Below are positions 19,244 to 28,991 of a stretch of DNA of 63,977 nucleotides, in pieces. Numbering within the stretch: the first letter of the stretch is position 1; each line of letters starts with the position of its first letter. The notes beneath the pieces were generated by a model. That model searched no databases. It saw only the letters and a list, made by a program, of their open reading frames with translations, and was not told the origin of the DNA. Origin of the DNA: Ramlibacter sp. (GTDB lineage: Bacteria > Pseudomonadota > Gammaproteobacteria > Burkholderiales > Burkholderiaceae_C); the NCBI GenBank assembly GCA_035571715.1, contig DATNCB010000898.1, positions 1-63,977 on the forward strand. Reading direction: 5' to 3'. A program made the translations under genes and the position numbers.

Positions 19244-19855
19244 ATGCCCGACGATCCGCAGCCCAATCCCGATCTGGTCACGATCACCAAGGCCGATCTG
19301 GCAACCCTGCAAAACGCATGGAAGCTCCAAGCCGAGCTTTTCGACCATCCGACGCACGGCCTCGCCATCAAGAAGGCGATGAAAGACGTGCGCCCGACCA
19401 TGCGTATCCCCGAACTTGACGTGCTCGAACCGGCGCTGACGCCGCTGCGCGAGCGCCAGGAAGCCCTCGACGCCGAGAACAAGAAGCTCCGCGAGGAATT
19501 GGAGGCCGACCGCCAGGCGCGTGCCGATGCTGCGGCGACCGGCGATCTGGTCAAGAACCTGTCCTCGGCACAGTCCCGCTATCGCCTGACCGACGAAGGC
19601 ATGGCCGAGGTCAAGAAGATCATGGTCGAGCGCAACATCGCCGACCCGCACGCCGCCGCCGCGCTCGTCGCCTCCGAGATCGAGCCGCCCAAGGTCGTCA
19701 ACGGGACGAATTTCGGCCCCGCCGATCTGAACGTGCTCGGCATGGACGGGAAGTCGGAAGACGCGTCGATGAAGCGTCTTCATGAAGATCCGATTCGCTG
19801 GCAGGACCAAGAAATCAGCGAAATTATGGCTGAGTTCGACCAGGCCGCCGCGTGA
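19244..19855 (+). CDS. Putative scaffolding protein
   Basis: Charged coiled-coil directly upstream of MCP. Confidence 0.6.
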   Translation: MPDDPQPNPDLVTITKADLATLQNAWKLQAELFDHPTHGLAIKKAMKDVRPTMRIPELDVLEPALTPLRERQEALDAENKKLREELEADRQARADAAATGDLVKNLSSAQSRYRLTDEGMAEVKKIMVERNIADPHAAAALVASEIEPPKVVNGTNFGPADLNVLGMDGKSEDASMKRLHEDPIRWQDQEISEIMAEFDQAAA

Positions 19856-19888
19856 TCGCGCGGACACCGTAAACGGGAGGCCGAGTAG

Positions 19889-20956
19889 ATGGCGTATCCT
19901 TCGACGTTTCAGGCCCCGGCTACTGTCGGAGGTTTGACTCCTGGCGGTCAACTCGGGGCTCAACTGTCAGCTATCACGCGGCGCGCAGTTATCCCCAGCG
20001 TATTTGTCCAGATTTACCAAAGTCACCCTTTGCTCTCCCTGCTGTGGGCCAACTCGCAGCGCGCAAAAGGCGGCGTCGGCCAAATATCCATCCCGACGCA
20101 GGGCGCCTCGTTCGTATCGTTCTCGTGGGGCAGCTTCGCCGGCGACTTCCCAATGCCGGAGGACGTGGCCGCGCTTCAGAACGCGACGTTCAACCTCAAG
20201 ATCGGCATGATCCCGATCGGCTTCTTCGGGTTCGAGGCGCTGGCCCAGTCGAGCGAGGTCATCATCCCGAAGCTGCGGGCGGTGACGAGCGACGCTGCGG
20301 TCGTCATCAAGCAGGCGTTCGCGCAATCGCTCTACTCGAACAACTACGCGACGCCGAACGCGCTCGACAGCCTCGTGCAAGCCTATGACGCGGGCGCGAA
20401 CGTGCCGGCGTATGGCGGGATCACGCGGGCCGGGAATGCGTGGTGGCAGGGCCAATACCTGCCGAACAGCGCCGGCATCAGCAACCGGACGGGGATGGCG
20501 ATCGCGCTGACCCGGATCGCGACCGGGGCCGGCGGCGACGCGCCCGATTTTGCGGTGATGAACCCGGCCGACTGGTCGGCGGTGCTCGCCGACTTCATGG
20601 GCTACGAGATGTACCAGTCTCGGCCCCGGTCGATGTACGGCAAGGACGATCCGGTCAATGCCGGCTTCCGCGCGCTGCGGGTGCTCGACACGCCGATCTT
20701 CCCCGACCCGTTCTGCCCGCGCGGCGAGATGTACGCGATCAACAGCCGCTACCTCAGCCTGTTCGTCAGCGAGTACACGGCCCCGATGGTGTTCTCGGGC
20801 TTCGAGAGCGCGATCCCGCAGGGCCAGATCGCCGAAATCGGCGTGCTCATCAGCGCGCTCAACCTGGTATGCGCCAAACCCAGTTCGGGCGCGCATCTAA
20901 CCGGCCTCACTGGCGCGGCGTGGGCGAACACGCCTGGCCCGCCGGCCGTCCTGTAA
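19889..20956 (+). CDS. Major capsid protein
   Basis: 355 aa; TRRAVIP..FVQIY..PLL, YGGITR...WW, GFRAL...PIF.DPFCP.G..Y.IN; GGAGG RBS. Confidence 0.85.
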   Translation: MAYPSTFQAPATVGGLTPGGQLGAQLSAITRRAVIPSVFVQIYQSHPLLSLLWANSQRAKGGVGQISIPTQGASFVSFSWGSFAGDFPMPEDVAALQNATFNLKIGMIPIGFFGFEALAQSSEVIIPKLRAVTSDAAVVIKQAFAQSLYSNNYATPNALDSLVQAYDAGANVPAYGGITRAGNAWWQGQYLPNSAGISNRTGMAIALTRIATGAGGDAPDFAVMNPADWSAVLADFMGYEMYQSRPRSMYGKDDPVNAGFRALRVLDTPIFPDPFCPRGEMYAINSRYLSLFVSEYTAPMVFSGFESAIPQGQIAEIGVLISALNLVCAKPSSGAHLTGLTGAAWANTPGPPAVL

Positions 20957-20968
20957 CGGAGGGATACG

Positions 20969-22033
20969 ATGCCTGTTGTTTTTGGCGGAAGCGGCCTCGG
21001 CCCGACGCTGCGCGGCCAGCCCTCCAACGTCTACCAGCTTCAGCCGTGCGAGGCGAAGTTGGTCCCGGCCGGTTCTTGGCTCGGCAAGCTCGGGCTGTAC
21101 ACCAACTATCAGGTGCTCGACACGGTTACGGGCATCTGGCGGAACGTCGGCGACGGCGGGATCACGGTTCGCATCGAGTCGGATGGGGTGAACCATCGGC
21201 TGTGCAACCAGACCGGCGGCACGGTCGGCGCGGTCATCACCAACGCCGGCACCGGGTATACGTCGGCCCCGACCGTCACGCCTTCGTCCGGGTCGAGCGT
21301 GTGGCAGGCGATTGTCGGCGGTGCCGTCAACACCAGCGTAACGGTGACGAACGGCGGCACCAATTACGTCTACCCGCCGGAGGTCGCGTTCTCGGCCCCG
21401 CCGACGCCGGGCATCCAAGCCACCGGCTACGCGACGATCTCGGGCGGCGTCGTTACCGGCGTCACGGTCACGAACCAGGGTGCGGGCTACACGTTCGCGC
21501 CGACCATCAGCTTCATCAACGATGCGCGCGATTCGACCGGAAGCAACGCGCAGGGGACGTGCGTGCTGACCGGATCGGGGACGATCACCGGGCTTCTCGC
21601 GACCGACCACGGCACGCCACTGACTTCGGTGCCGACGCTGGCTTTCTCGGGCGGCGGCGGGTCGGCCGCGGCGGCGACCGCGATCATGTGTTGGTCGATC
21701 ACCGGGATCACGTTCTCGGGCGGCACCGGCTACACGGTCGGCGCCGGGGCGTTCGAGATGTCGTATGTCCCGATGCTGACGGCGGCGACGCCGATCTACA
21801 CCAACCCCGACACGCAGTTGCGCCTTGTCCGCATGCGGCAGGCGGTCATCTACGTGCCGACCACGGCGACGGGTGCGCCAACCTCGACCGGCGAAGTTGT
21901 CATCGACGGCGGCATCTACCAGAACGTGCCGACCGCGCTGATTATCCAGAACAGCGGCCTCTACCCATCGGCGACGACCGCGACGCTGGCGATGGGCGGG
22001 AACCAGGACTTCACGCAGCTTTACCCGGTCTGA
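20969..22033 (+). CDS. Virion structural/decoration protein with G(S/T)GYTxAPT modules
   Basis: Thr/Gly-rich repeats directly after MCP. Confidence 0.6.
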   Translation: MPVVFGGSGLGPTLRGQPSNVYQLQPCEAKLVPAGSWLGKLGLYTNYQVLDTVTGIWRNVGDGGITVRIESDGVNHRLCNQTGGTVGAVITNAGTGYTSAPTVTPSSGSSVWQAIVGGAVNTSVTVTNGGTNYVYPPEVAFSAPPTPGIQATGYATISGGVVTGVTVTNQGAGYTFAPTISFINDARDSTGSNAQGTCVLTGSGTITGLLATDHGTPLTSVPTLAFSGGGGSAAAATAIMCWSITGITFSGGTGYTVGAGAFEMSYVPMLTAATPIYTNPDTQLRLVRMRQAVIYVPTTATGAPTSTGEVVIDGGIYQNVPTALIIQNSGLYPSATTATLAMGGNQDFTQLYPV

Positions 22034-22048
22034 CCGTTCGGTGCTAGG

Positions 22049-22363
22049 ATGGCCGGCATGTCCGGCCGTCCTCCCCTGAAAGCGGAAATGCCCTGCACGC
22101 CGGGGGTGGCGGGAAGTTTCAATTTCACCACCGGCCTGAGCGACCCCGAAGATGCGCCGCCGCGTGGCCTGCATTTTATCTGTCCTTGCGGGTGCGGGGC
22201 GCACGGCGCGGTACAGTTCAGGGCAAACGCCTACGATCAAAGCCATCCGTCATGGGAATGGGACGGCAATCGGGAAAGCCCAACGCTCTCGCCGAGCATC
22301 CAGCGCACCACTGATTGTCGGTGGCATGGGTGGCTGCGGGATGGGTTTTGGGTGTCCGCATGA
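22049..22363 (+). CDS. DUF6527-like protein
   Basis: CPCGCG...WEWDGNRESPTLSPSI...C.WHGWLRDG. Confidence 0.75.
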   Translation: MAGMSGRPPLKAEMPCTPGVAGSFNFTTGLSDPEDAPPRGLHFICPCGCGAHGAVQFRANAYDQSHPSWEWDGNRESPTLSPSIQRTTDCRWHGWLRDGFWVSA

Positions 22364-23718
22364 GTGGGAGGCTCCTTGTCTGTTACAGTAATTCCAGCAA
22401 CTACGTCCCGACGACGGCGGAGTACCTCGCCTCGTTCGCGCGGCACTCGCGCTGGGACGTGCGCTACCTGCATGTGACGCATGGTGCGGAACTGGCGACC
22501 GATCTTGGAGAGTTCGACGCAGTGCTGCAAAGCTACTGCGCCCGTCTCCCGGTCGATGGCAGCGCCAGCGACGCTTTCTGCCGAGCCATGGCCGCCTACC
22601 GCGGCGTCAAGGTCATCGCAATCCAAGATGAGTACGATAACACGAACCGCCTGCGGTCACGGCTGGCGGAGATTGGCTACGATATCGTCCTGACCTGTAT
22701 CCCCGAGGATCAGGTGGCGCGGGTCTACCCGCCCGAGATGTTCCCCAATACCCGATTCGTGCCGGTCCTGACCGGATATGTCCCTGAGAGCCTTGCCGCG
22801 CGCACCGGGTTCACGCCGCTTGCCGCCCGCAACGTCCTGCTCGGCTATCGTGGGCGGGACATCGGCCCCCGATACGGCCGCCTCGCGTTTGACAAGTTCG
22901 AAATCGGCCGCCGCATGAAGGTCGAGTGCGAGCGGCTGTGCATCCGGCACGACATCGAGTGGACCGAGGACAAGCGGGTCTATGGCGACGCCTGGTACGA
23001 CTTCCTCGGCAGTTGCCGCGCGGTGCTGGGCACCGAGAGCGGGTCCAACGTGTTCGATTGGGACGGCGAGGTTTTGGACGAATACCGCAGGCGCGGCGGG
23101 CCGTCCTACGCCGAGTTCCTGCCGTGGCTCGCAGAGCGCGAGGCGGAATGGGACATCGGGCAGATCAGCCCGCGGGTATTCGAGGCCGCCGCCTGCCACA
23201 CGCCGATGGTGCTGTTCGAGGGGCGCTATAGCGGCATCCTCGAACCCGAGACGCACTATGTTGCGCTGCGCAAGGACTTCGCGAACGTGCCCGCGGTGCT
23301 CGACCGGCTCAACCGGCCGCAGGAATTGCAGGAGATGGCCGAGCGCGCGTGGCGACATCTGATCGCGGCGGGCCGGTACACCTATGCGGCGTTCGTCGAT
23401 GCCGTCGAGGAAGCGCTGGACGACGTGATTATGTCGCGCGGCGGTCATGTGCGGCCTGCGCTGCCGGCCGATCGCTACGCGGACTCGCCGAACGATCCGA
23501 TCAGCCTGTTGAGCGTCAGCGAGACGCCGACCACGATGCCGAAGCCGACCATCTACTTCATGTACAAGCACACCGTTTCGCAGATAGGCTACCTGATGCG
23601 TCACGCTCGGGAGCAGCAAGACCTTCTCGGCGCTCTGGCGGCCCGGCTGAGTTACGAGACCGCGGAGCACAGCCGGGAAATAAGCGCGCTGCGGTTGCAG
23701 CGTGTGAGGGCCGCCTGA
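22360..23718 (+). CDS. Glycosyltransferase (GT-B, CgeB-like C-terminus)
   Basis: GYRGR, LGTESG, ISPRVFEAAAC..PMVLFEG.YSGIL. Confidence 0.75.
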   Translation: MSGRLLVCYSNSSNYVPTTAEYLASFARHSRWDVRYLHVTHGAELATDLGEFDAVLQSYCARLPVDGSASDAFCRAMAAYRGVKVIAIQDEYDNTNRLRSRLAEIGYDIVLTCIPEDQVARVYPPEMFPNTRFVPVLTGYVPESLAARTGFTPLAARNVLLGYRGRDIGPRYGRLAFDKFEIGRRMKVECERLCIRHDIEWTEDKRVYGDAWYDFLGSCRAVLGTESGSNVFDWDGEVLDEYRRRGGPSYAEFLPWLAEREAEWDIGQISPRVFEAAACHTPMVLFEGRYSGILEPETHYVALRKDFANVPAVLDRLNRPQELQEMAERAWRHLIAAGRYTYAAFVDAVEEALDDVIMSRGGHVRPALPADRYADSPNDPISLLSVSETPTTMPKPTIYFMYKHTVSQIGYLMRHAREQQDLLGALAARLSYETAEHSREISALRLQRVRAA

Positions 23719-24467
23719 TGCTCGACCGATATATCTTGGAGACCAGCCGCCTCATTCGGGACAGGGCGAATATCTCGACGCCCCGCGACGAACTGATCTC
23801 CTACATCAACATGGCCCGCAACGACGTGTGCCTGCTCACGGCATGCCTGCGCGCGCTGGTCGCCGGGAATGCCCCGTTCGGCAGCGGCTCGACGCCAGGC
23901 CTCATGGTGCCGGGCGGGTTTACGCCGGGCATCCCCGACACGACCGTCACGACGTTCGCCACGCTGCCGGGGGTCGAGCACTACCATTTCGGCTATGCCC
24001 GGCTCTACCTTCAAGCGCAGTGGGCGGGGTACGATAACGTCGTCGATCTGATGAGCGTCGCGGTCTCGTGGGGATCGGCCGCGCGCCCGGTGATGGAATG
24101 GATGGACTTCGCCGAGTTGCAGGCGCTCGCCCGCATCTACTCGGCCGGCGTGTTCACCTATCCGTTCAAGGCCGCGCTGCAAGGCGATGGGATCAATCAG
24201 ATTTTGTACCTGTTCCCGGTGCCCGGTCAGGCGCTCGAAATGGAGTGGGATTGCTCCTGCACGCCGAAGCCGCTCTACAACAACAACGACCTCGAAGCGA
24301 TCCCGGCACCGTTTCGGGACGCGATCAAGTTCAAGGCGGCGAACTACGTCTACATGGCCTCGCAGCGGTTCGGCTCGGCCGAATTGATGGAGGGCGAGTA
24401 TCTGCGGCATCTTGGGATCGACCGGGCCGCTACCGACAGGGGGAAAGTCCCCTCATTCTACGTGTGA
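23718..24467 (+). CDS. Head-tail adaptor protein
   Basis: LISYINMAR...LYLFPVP...AIP.PF.DAI pattern of podovirus adaptors. Confidence 0.65.
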   Translation: MLDRYILETSRLIRDRANISTPRDELISYINMARNDVCLLTACLRALVAGNAPFGSGSTPGLMVPGGFTPGIPDTTVTTFATLPGVEHYHFGYARLYLQAQWAGYDNVVDLMSVAVSWGSAARPVMEWMDFAELQALARIYSAGVFTYPFKAALQGDGINQILYLFPVPGQALEMEWDCSCTPKPLYNNNDLEAIPAPFRDAIKFKAANYVYMASQRFGSAELMEGEYLRHLGIDRAATDRGKVPSFYV

Positions 24468-24489
24468 GTGCTGTAGGGGTGATTTGAAA

Positions 24490-24801
24490 ATGATACGTGT
24501 GAATGGGGCGGTCATGTCGAAGTTGTCGCGGGCGAGCCGCGGCTCTGGGCGGCTTACCGTCGAGCAACAGGAAAAGGCACTGGAACTGCTCAAGGACGGC
24601 ATGAAACAGCAAGCCGTCGCGGCGCGGTTCGGCGTCAGCAAAAACGTCGTCGCCGGCATCTGGTCGCGGTTCGGTGAGCCGGAGAGCTACCGCCCGCCGA
24701 GCACGGTGTTCGAGCGCATGGACGCCCTTCATGCAGCGATGGACGCGGTGCTCGCCGAGACGATGGGTGTCGGGCGCGTCCCGAATACGCCGAGGCCCTG
24801 A
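24490..24801 (+). CDS. HTH protein, GcrA-like N-terminus
   Basis: DGMKQQAVAARFGVSKNVVAGIWSR. Confidence 0.55.
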   Translation: MIRVNGAVMSKLSRASRGSGRLTVEQQEKALELLKDGMKQQAVAARFGVSKNVVAGIWSRFGEPESYRPPSTVFERMDALHAAMDAVLAETMGVGRVPNTPRP

Positions 24802-25112
24802 TGCTCGGTCTGCCGCGACCGGCGCCGTCGCTGCGCGTCGTCCCGAAAGCGATCCACAACGAGGACGGGACGGTTCGCGCGCTGGCGCGGCAAATGCTGA
24901 TGGACCTCGACCGCGACAGCCTCAACACGTCCGTCCCGACCGCTACGCTGGAAATGCTGTTGACGAGCCTGTGCGACGCGCTCAACCGACCGCCGCTGCC
25001 CGCGCCGCCGGCCGTGGACGACGGCGCGATGCTCGACGTGGCCGGCAACCCGAACCTCGCGTATTGGGTGAGGAAGGCGGCCGACGACCTTGACGCCGCT
25101 GACAACCAGTGA
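24801..25112 (+). CDS. Hypothetical protein
   Basis: Coupled ORF. Confidence 0.55.
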   Translation: MLGLPRPAPSLRVVPKAIHNEDGTVRALARQMLMDLDRDSLNTSVPTATLEMLLTSLCDALNRPPLPAPPAVDDGAMLDVAGNPNLAYWVRKAADDLDAADNQ

Positions 25113-25708
25113 AGGAGACCGCTATGACATATCCGATTTACGTCTGCGTTCCGCAGAGCGCGGGACAAATAAACGATTTCGCGGGGGCGTATCCGAGGCC
25201 GGAGCCATCGGCGATCAATCCGGCACCCCTCGGCGTGCTTGCCGGAATTTCGATGGACGGGTGTGACAAGGATATGATCGAACGCGACCTTGGGATGCCA
25301 GTGCGCATCTATGGGGCGGGGGTTCAGGACGGAAACGGGTGTTTCGGCGCCATGCTGCTGTTCGTTGTTGAAGCGCCAACGCTTACTGCCGCTCGTGCGC
25401 TGCCGGGGTTTCAGCCGTTGGGGATTATCTCCGAGGCGGTTTATCTGGTGCCGGAGGGTCTTTTCGACGACGATATCCCGAAGTGGGGAGAGTGCGTGCG
25501 CCGAGCGCTTCCTGCGGGTTATCCACTTCCCCCGTTTGAGACGGACGGGGCTTTCATCGCGTCGGCCATTCCATACGGCCAAATCGCGGACGCTGTATTT
25601 TTGCAGGATGATCCGCGGAGCATTTATTTAATGTCCTGTTTGGGGGATCGCGCGGAAAAGATCGCCATCGCCCAGAGGAACCGACGCCGCGACGCTGACG
25701 GCGGATAA
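25109..25708 (+). CDS. Hypothetical protein
   Basis: Coupled ORF; alternative ATG at 25124 with AGGAG. Confidence 0.55.
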   Translation: MKETAMTYPIYVCVPQSAGQINDFAGAYPRPEPSAINPAPLGVLAGISMDGCDKDMIERDLGMPVRIYGAGVQDGNGCFGAMLLFVVEAPTLTAARALPGFQPLGIISEAVYLVPEGLFDDDIPKWGECVRRALPAGYPLPPFETDGAFIASAIPYGQIADAVFLQDDPRSIYLMSCLGDRAEKIAIAQRNRRRDADGG

Positions 25709-25714
25709 GCGTCG

Positions 25715-28267
25715 ATGCAGGGCAACGACGGCCGGCTCTCGCGCGCGGTGCAGACCCGGTTCGGCCTGCCCGACACGATCCAGTTCAAGTCGCCGGCTCC
25801 GTTCGCCGGCATGAACACCCAAGCCTCACGCCTGTTCATCGCGGACAACGAGGCGTGGTGGCTTGAGAATTACATCAAGATCGGCGACGGCAACGTCCGC
25901 ACGGTGCCGGACCTCGGGCCGTGGCTGTACGCCGCGACCGGCGGCCGGCAAATCGTCAATTTCGCTTGGTTCAACATCGGCCTCACCTATTACTGCGCCG
26001 TGTTCTTCGACGACGGCTCGGCGGTGCAGGTCGATCGGCAGGGTGCCGTCACCAACATCGTGCCGGCGGGAACCCGGTCATTCTATTACGCCGGCGGGCA
26101 ACTTCCTGCGACGGTGCAATGGGGTAGCACGTATCTCCTGATCTCGAACAACAACAGGCCCAACGATTATTGGGCGTGGGATGGGAACGTCCTCTACACG
26201 GCGGGTTCGATCGGCCCGCAGATCACGTTGACCAGCGGCGGCCAGAACTACATCGCCACGCCAACGGTGATCGCCTTCGGGGGGCATGGCTCGGGGATCG
26301 CGCTGGCTGCCAATGTCGCGAACGGCGTGGTGACATCGGTTGACGTGGTGTCGCCGGGCACGGGCTATATCGTCGGCGACATCGTGCAGGCGGTGTTCCA
26401 GGGCGGCGGCTCGGACAACGGTGCGGCGCTGGGCACGGCGCTGGTTCCTGCTGCGGTCAACCAGATTGTCGTGCTGGCCGGCGGCAGCGGCTATCTGGCC
26501 CCGCCCACGGTGGGGTTTGTCGGCGGGGGCGGCTCCGGCGCGGCCGCGACGGCGGTGCTCACCGGCAATGTCGTCACGTCGATCACGCTGACGAGCGGCG
26601 GGACCGGGTACACGTCGGCGCCCGCGATCACCTTGACGCCGGTGAGCGGCGGCAGCGGCGCCATCGCGCAGGCGACGTTGGTTGCCAGCAGCGTGTCGGT
26701 CATCGGCATTCAGGACGGCGGCACCAATTTCTTCGGCATCCCGACGCTGACGATCACCGGCGGCGGCGGGTCTGGGGCGACAGGGTTTGCCATCCTCGGC
26801 GGGCCGGGTCCGGTCGAGACGATCACCGTCACCAATGGCGGATCGGGGTACGCCTCGGTGCCCGGCGTGACGATCACCGATTCCGGGTCCGGCACCGGCG
26901 CGACGGCGCTTGTGACCGGGCTCGTCGATGGGGTCATCACCGAAGTCACCGTGACGGCCGGCGGCAGCGATTACACCGGGCCGATCATCACGTTTTCCAG
27001 CGGGGCGGCGACCGCCACGGGCAACATCGGCGCGGGCTCGATCGTCGGCACGTCGCTGACGACCGCGGGCGTCGGATACACCGATGCGCCGACCGTGATC
27101 GTCCAGGCCGGGCTCAACAGCGCGGCGTCCGGCATCATTCAATTGATGCCCTACGGGGTGTCGGGGTCGAACATCGAAACCTACCAGTCGCAGGTTTGGC
27201 TACAGCACCCCTACCAGCAGGGGACAATCCCGACAGGCGGGGTCCGGCTGTCGTCGGCGCCGGGGAGCATCAGCAACTTCGCCACGTCGGCCGGCGGGCT
27301 TGCGGAAAACAACACCGATCGCTTCTTGCGCGGCGAATACACGGCGATCCGGCAGGCCAACGGCTTCCTCTATCCGTTCGGCGATTCGTCGGTCGGCGTC
27401 ATCAGTAACGTCCAGGTGCAGGGCAATCCGCCGACCAAGAGCCTGACCAGCCAGAACACGGACCCGCAGACCGGCACCAACTGGCGCGACTCGATCCAAG
27501 ATTTCTCGCGCACGATCGTCTTTGGAAACACCTTCGGGATTTATGGGCTGTTCGGCGGCGCGGTGACGAAGCTCAGCGGCAAGATGGATCGCGTGTTCGA
27601 GCAGGCCGATTTGCCGACCGGCGATGATCCGCGCGCTGCGGGGGCTCCGGTAACGCCGAGTTCGGCGGTGGCGAACCTCTACAATCGCAAGGTCTACCTG
27701 ATGCTGATGAGCATCAAAGACCCGTTCACGCTGACGTTTCGCAACGCAATGGTGTGCTGGAACGAGCAGGACTGGTCGATCGTCAGCCAATCGTCCATGA
27801 ACCCGCTGACCTATATCGGGACGCAAGAGATCAACAGCCAACTCGCGGCCTGGGGCACGGACGGGGTGCGCCTCTACCCGCTGATGACAACGCCATCGAC
27901 GACGCTCCAAAAGACGTGGAGCACGAAGCTCTATGGCGCGCAGCAGCCGTACATGGTCAAGCAGGGGCGCGTGGTTTACGTCCAAGCCGAGAACTTCGCC
28001 GACGTGAACAGCGCGCCGCTGTTTGGGTTGACCGTCGATACCGAATACGCGAGCTTTCCGGCCGCCTCGCCGCAGATCGCGTTCCCGCCGAATGCGCCAT
28101 TGCCGGCGACTGCCGTGGCACCGACCGTCGCGTGTCCGGTGCTGATGGCGACGACCGACGACATACCAGGCGCGCAGATCGGCGTGACGCTGCGTTCGAC
28201 GGGGGCCGACCATGCGGTTTACAACCTGATGATCGCGACCGAAGACGTTGACGCCATCTTCGGGTAG
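25715..28267 (+). CDS. Tail nozzle/DNA-stabilisation protein with inserted GGxGY repeat modules
   Basis: FAGMNTQASR..I.D.E..WLEN N-terminus; position after the adaptor; central Gly/Thr repeats. Confidence 0.65.
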   Translation: MQGNDGRLSRAVQTRFGLPDTIQFKSPAPFAGMNTQASRLFIADNEAWWLENYIKIGDGNVRTVPDLGPWLYAATGGRQIVNFAWFNIGLTYYCAVFFDDGSAVQVDRQGAVTNIVPAGTRSFYYAGGQLPATVQWGSTYLLISNNNRPNDYWAWDGNVLYTAGSIGPQITLTSGGQNYIATPTVIAFGGHGSGIALAANVANGVVTSVDVVSPGTGYIVGDIVQAVFQGGGSDNGAALGTALVPAAVNQIVVLAGGSGYLAPPTVGFVGGGGSGAAATAVLTGNVVTSITLTSGGTGYTSAPAITLTPVSGGSGAIAQATLVASSVSVIGIQDGGTNFFGIPTLTITGGGGSGATGFAILGGPGPVETITVTNGGSGYASVPGVTITDSGSGTGATALVTGLVDGVITEVTVTAGGSDYTGPIITFSSGAATATGNIGAGSIVGTSLTTAGVGYTDAPTVIVQAGLNSAASGIIQLMPYGVSGSNIETYQSQVWLQHPYQQGTIPTGGVRLSSAPGSISNFATSAGGLAENNTDRFLRGEYTAIRQANGFLYPFGDSSVGVISNVQVQGNPPTKSLTSQNTDPQTGTNWRDSIQDFSRTIVFGNTFGIYGLFGGAVTKLSGKMDRVFEQADLPTGDDPRAAGAPVTPSSAVANLYNRKVYLMLMSIKDPFTLTFRNAMVCWNEQDWSIVSQSSMNPLTYIGTQEINSQLAAWGTDGVRLYPLMTTPSTTLQKTWSTKLYGAQQPYMVKQGRVVYVQAENFADVNSAPLFGLTVDTEYASFPAASPQIAFPPNAPLPATAVAPTVACPVLMATTDDIPGAQIGVTLRSTGADHAVYNLMIATEDVDAIFG

Positions 28268-28273
28268 GCAGGG

Positions 28274-28990
28274 ATGGCGTTCGGGGGACTCAGGGGCACA
28301 TTAAGCGGCGGGGCCACGGCGATTCCGGTCGGCGGCGCGATGGCCGCAAGCGGGTCGGTCTCGGTTTCGGTGGGCGATCTCCTTGTCGCGGTTGTCGCCG
28401 AAGTCGGGGCCAACACCGTGACGGGCGTTACCGACAGCCTCGGTCACACGTACACCGCGCAGAACGCAGGATCGCTCAGTACGGTCGGAGGCCGGGCCTT
28501 TTGGTTCATCGCGACCGCTGGTGGTACGTTGACGAGCGTTACCGGGACGGGCACGGCCAGTAGTAACGACTTTGCTATAGCCGCCGCGGCGTTCTCCGGT
28601 GCTTTTACCGCATCGCCCCTCGATACGTCGCCGGCCAATGCGACTGACGCGACCTCTCCCTTCACATGCACAGCAACCGGGACGCTCGCACAAGCGGCGG
28701 AACTCGTCATAGCGGGATTTGCCCTTACTCGCGGGCAAACGAATACGGCGGCGACATCGCCAAACCTGCTCGCCGTCAACGCAGCCTCGGCCGCCGCCAA
28801 TGCGGCGAACAGTTGTTGCGCCGCGATCGGGTATCAGGTGGTCGCAGCGACAACCAGCGTCGTACCGGCGTTCACCTGCGCGTCGGGCACCTTCAACGGC
28901 GCGGTCGAGTTCACCATGTCGTTCAAGGCCGCGCCGCAATCGGTTGTCCCGATGGTCTGTATGCACCAGGCGCAGCAGAGGGGAGCGTAG
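28274..28990 (+). CDS. Putative fibre/lectin-like structural protein
   Basis: Ala/Thr/Ser-rich beta-type sequence (GDLLVAVV...TDSLG). Confidence 0.55.
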   Translation: MAFGGLRGTLSGGATAIPVGGAMAASGSVSVSVGDLLVAVVAEVGANTVTGVTDSLGHTYTAQNAGSLSTVGGRAFWFIATAGGTLTSVTGTGTASSNDFAIAAAAFSGAFTASPLDTSPANATDATSPFTCTATGTLAQAAELVIAGFALTRGQTNTAATSPNLLAVNAASAAANAANSCCAAIGYQVVAATTSVVPAFTCASGTFNGAVEFTMSFKAAPQSVVPMVCMHQAQQRGA

Positions 28991-28991
28991 G

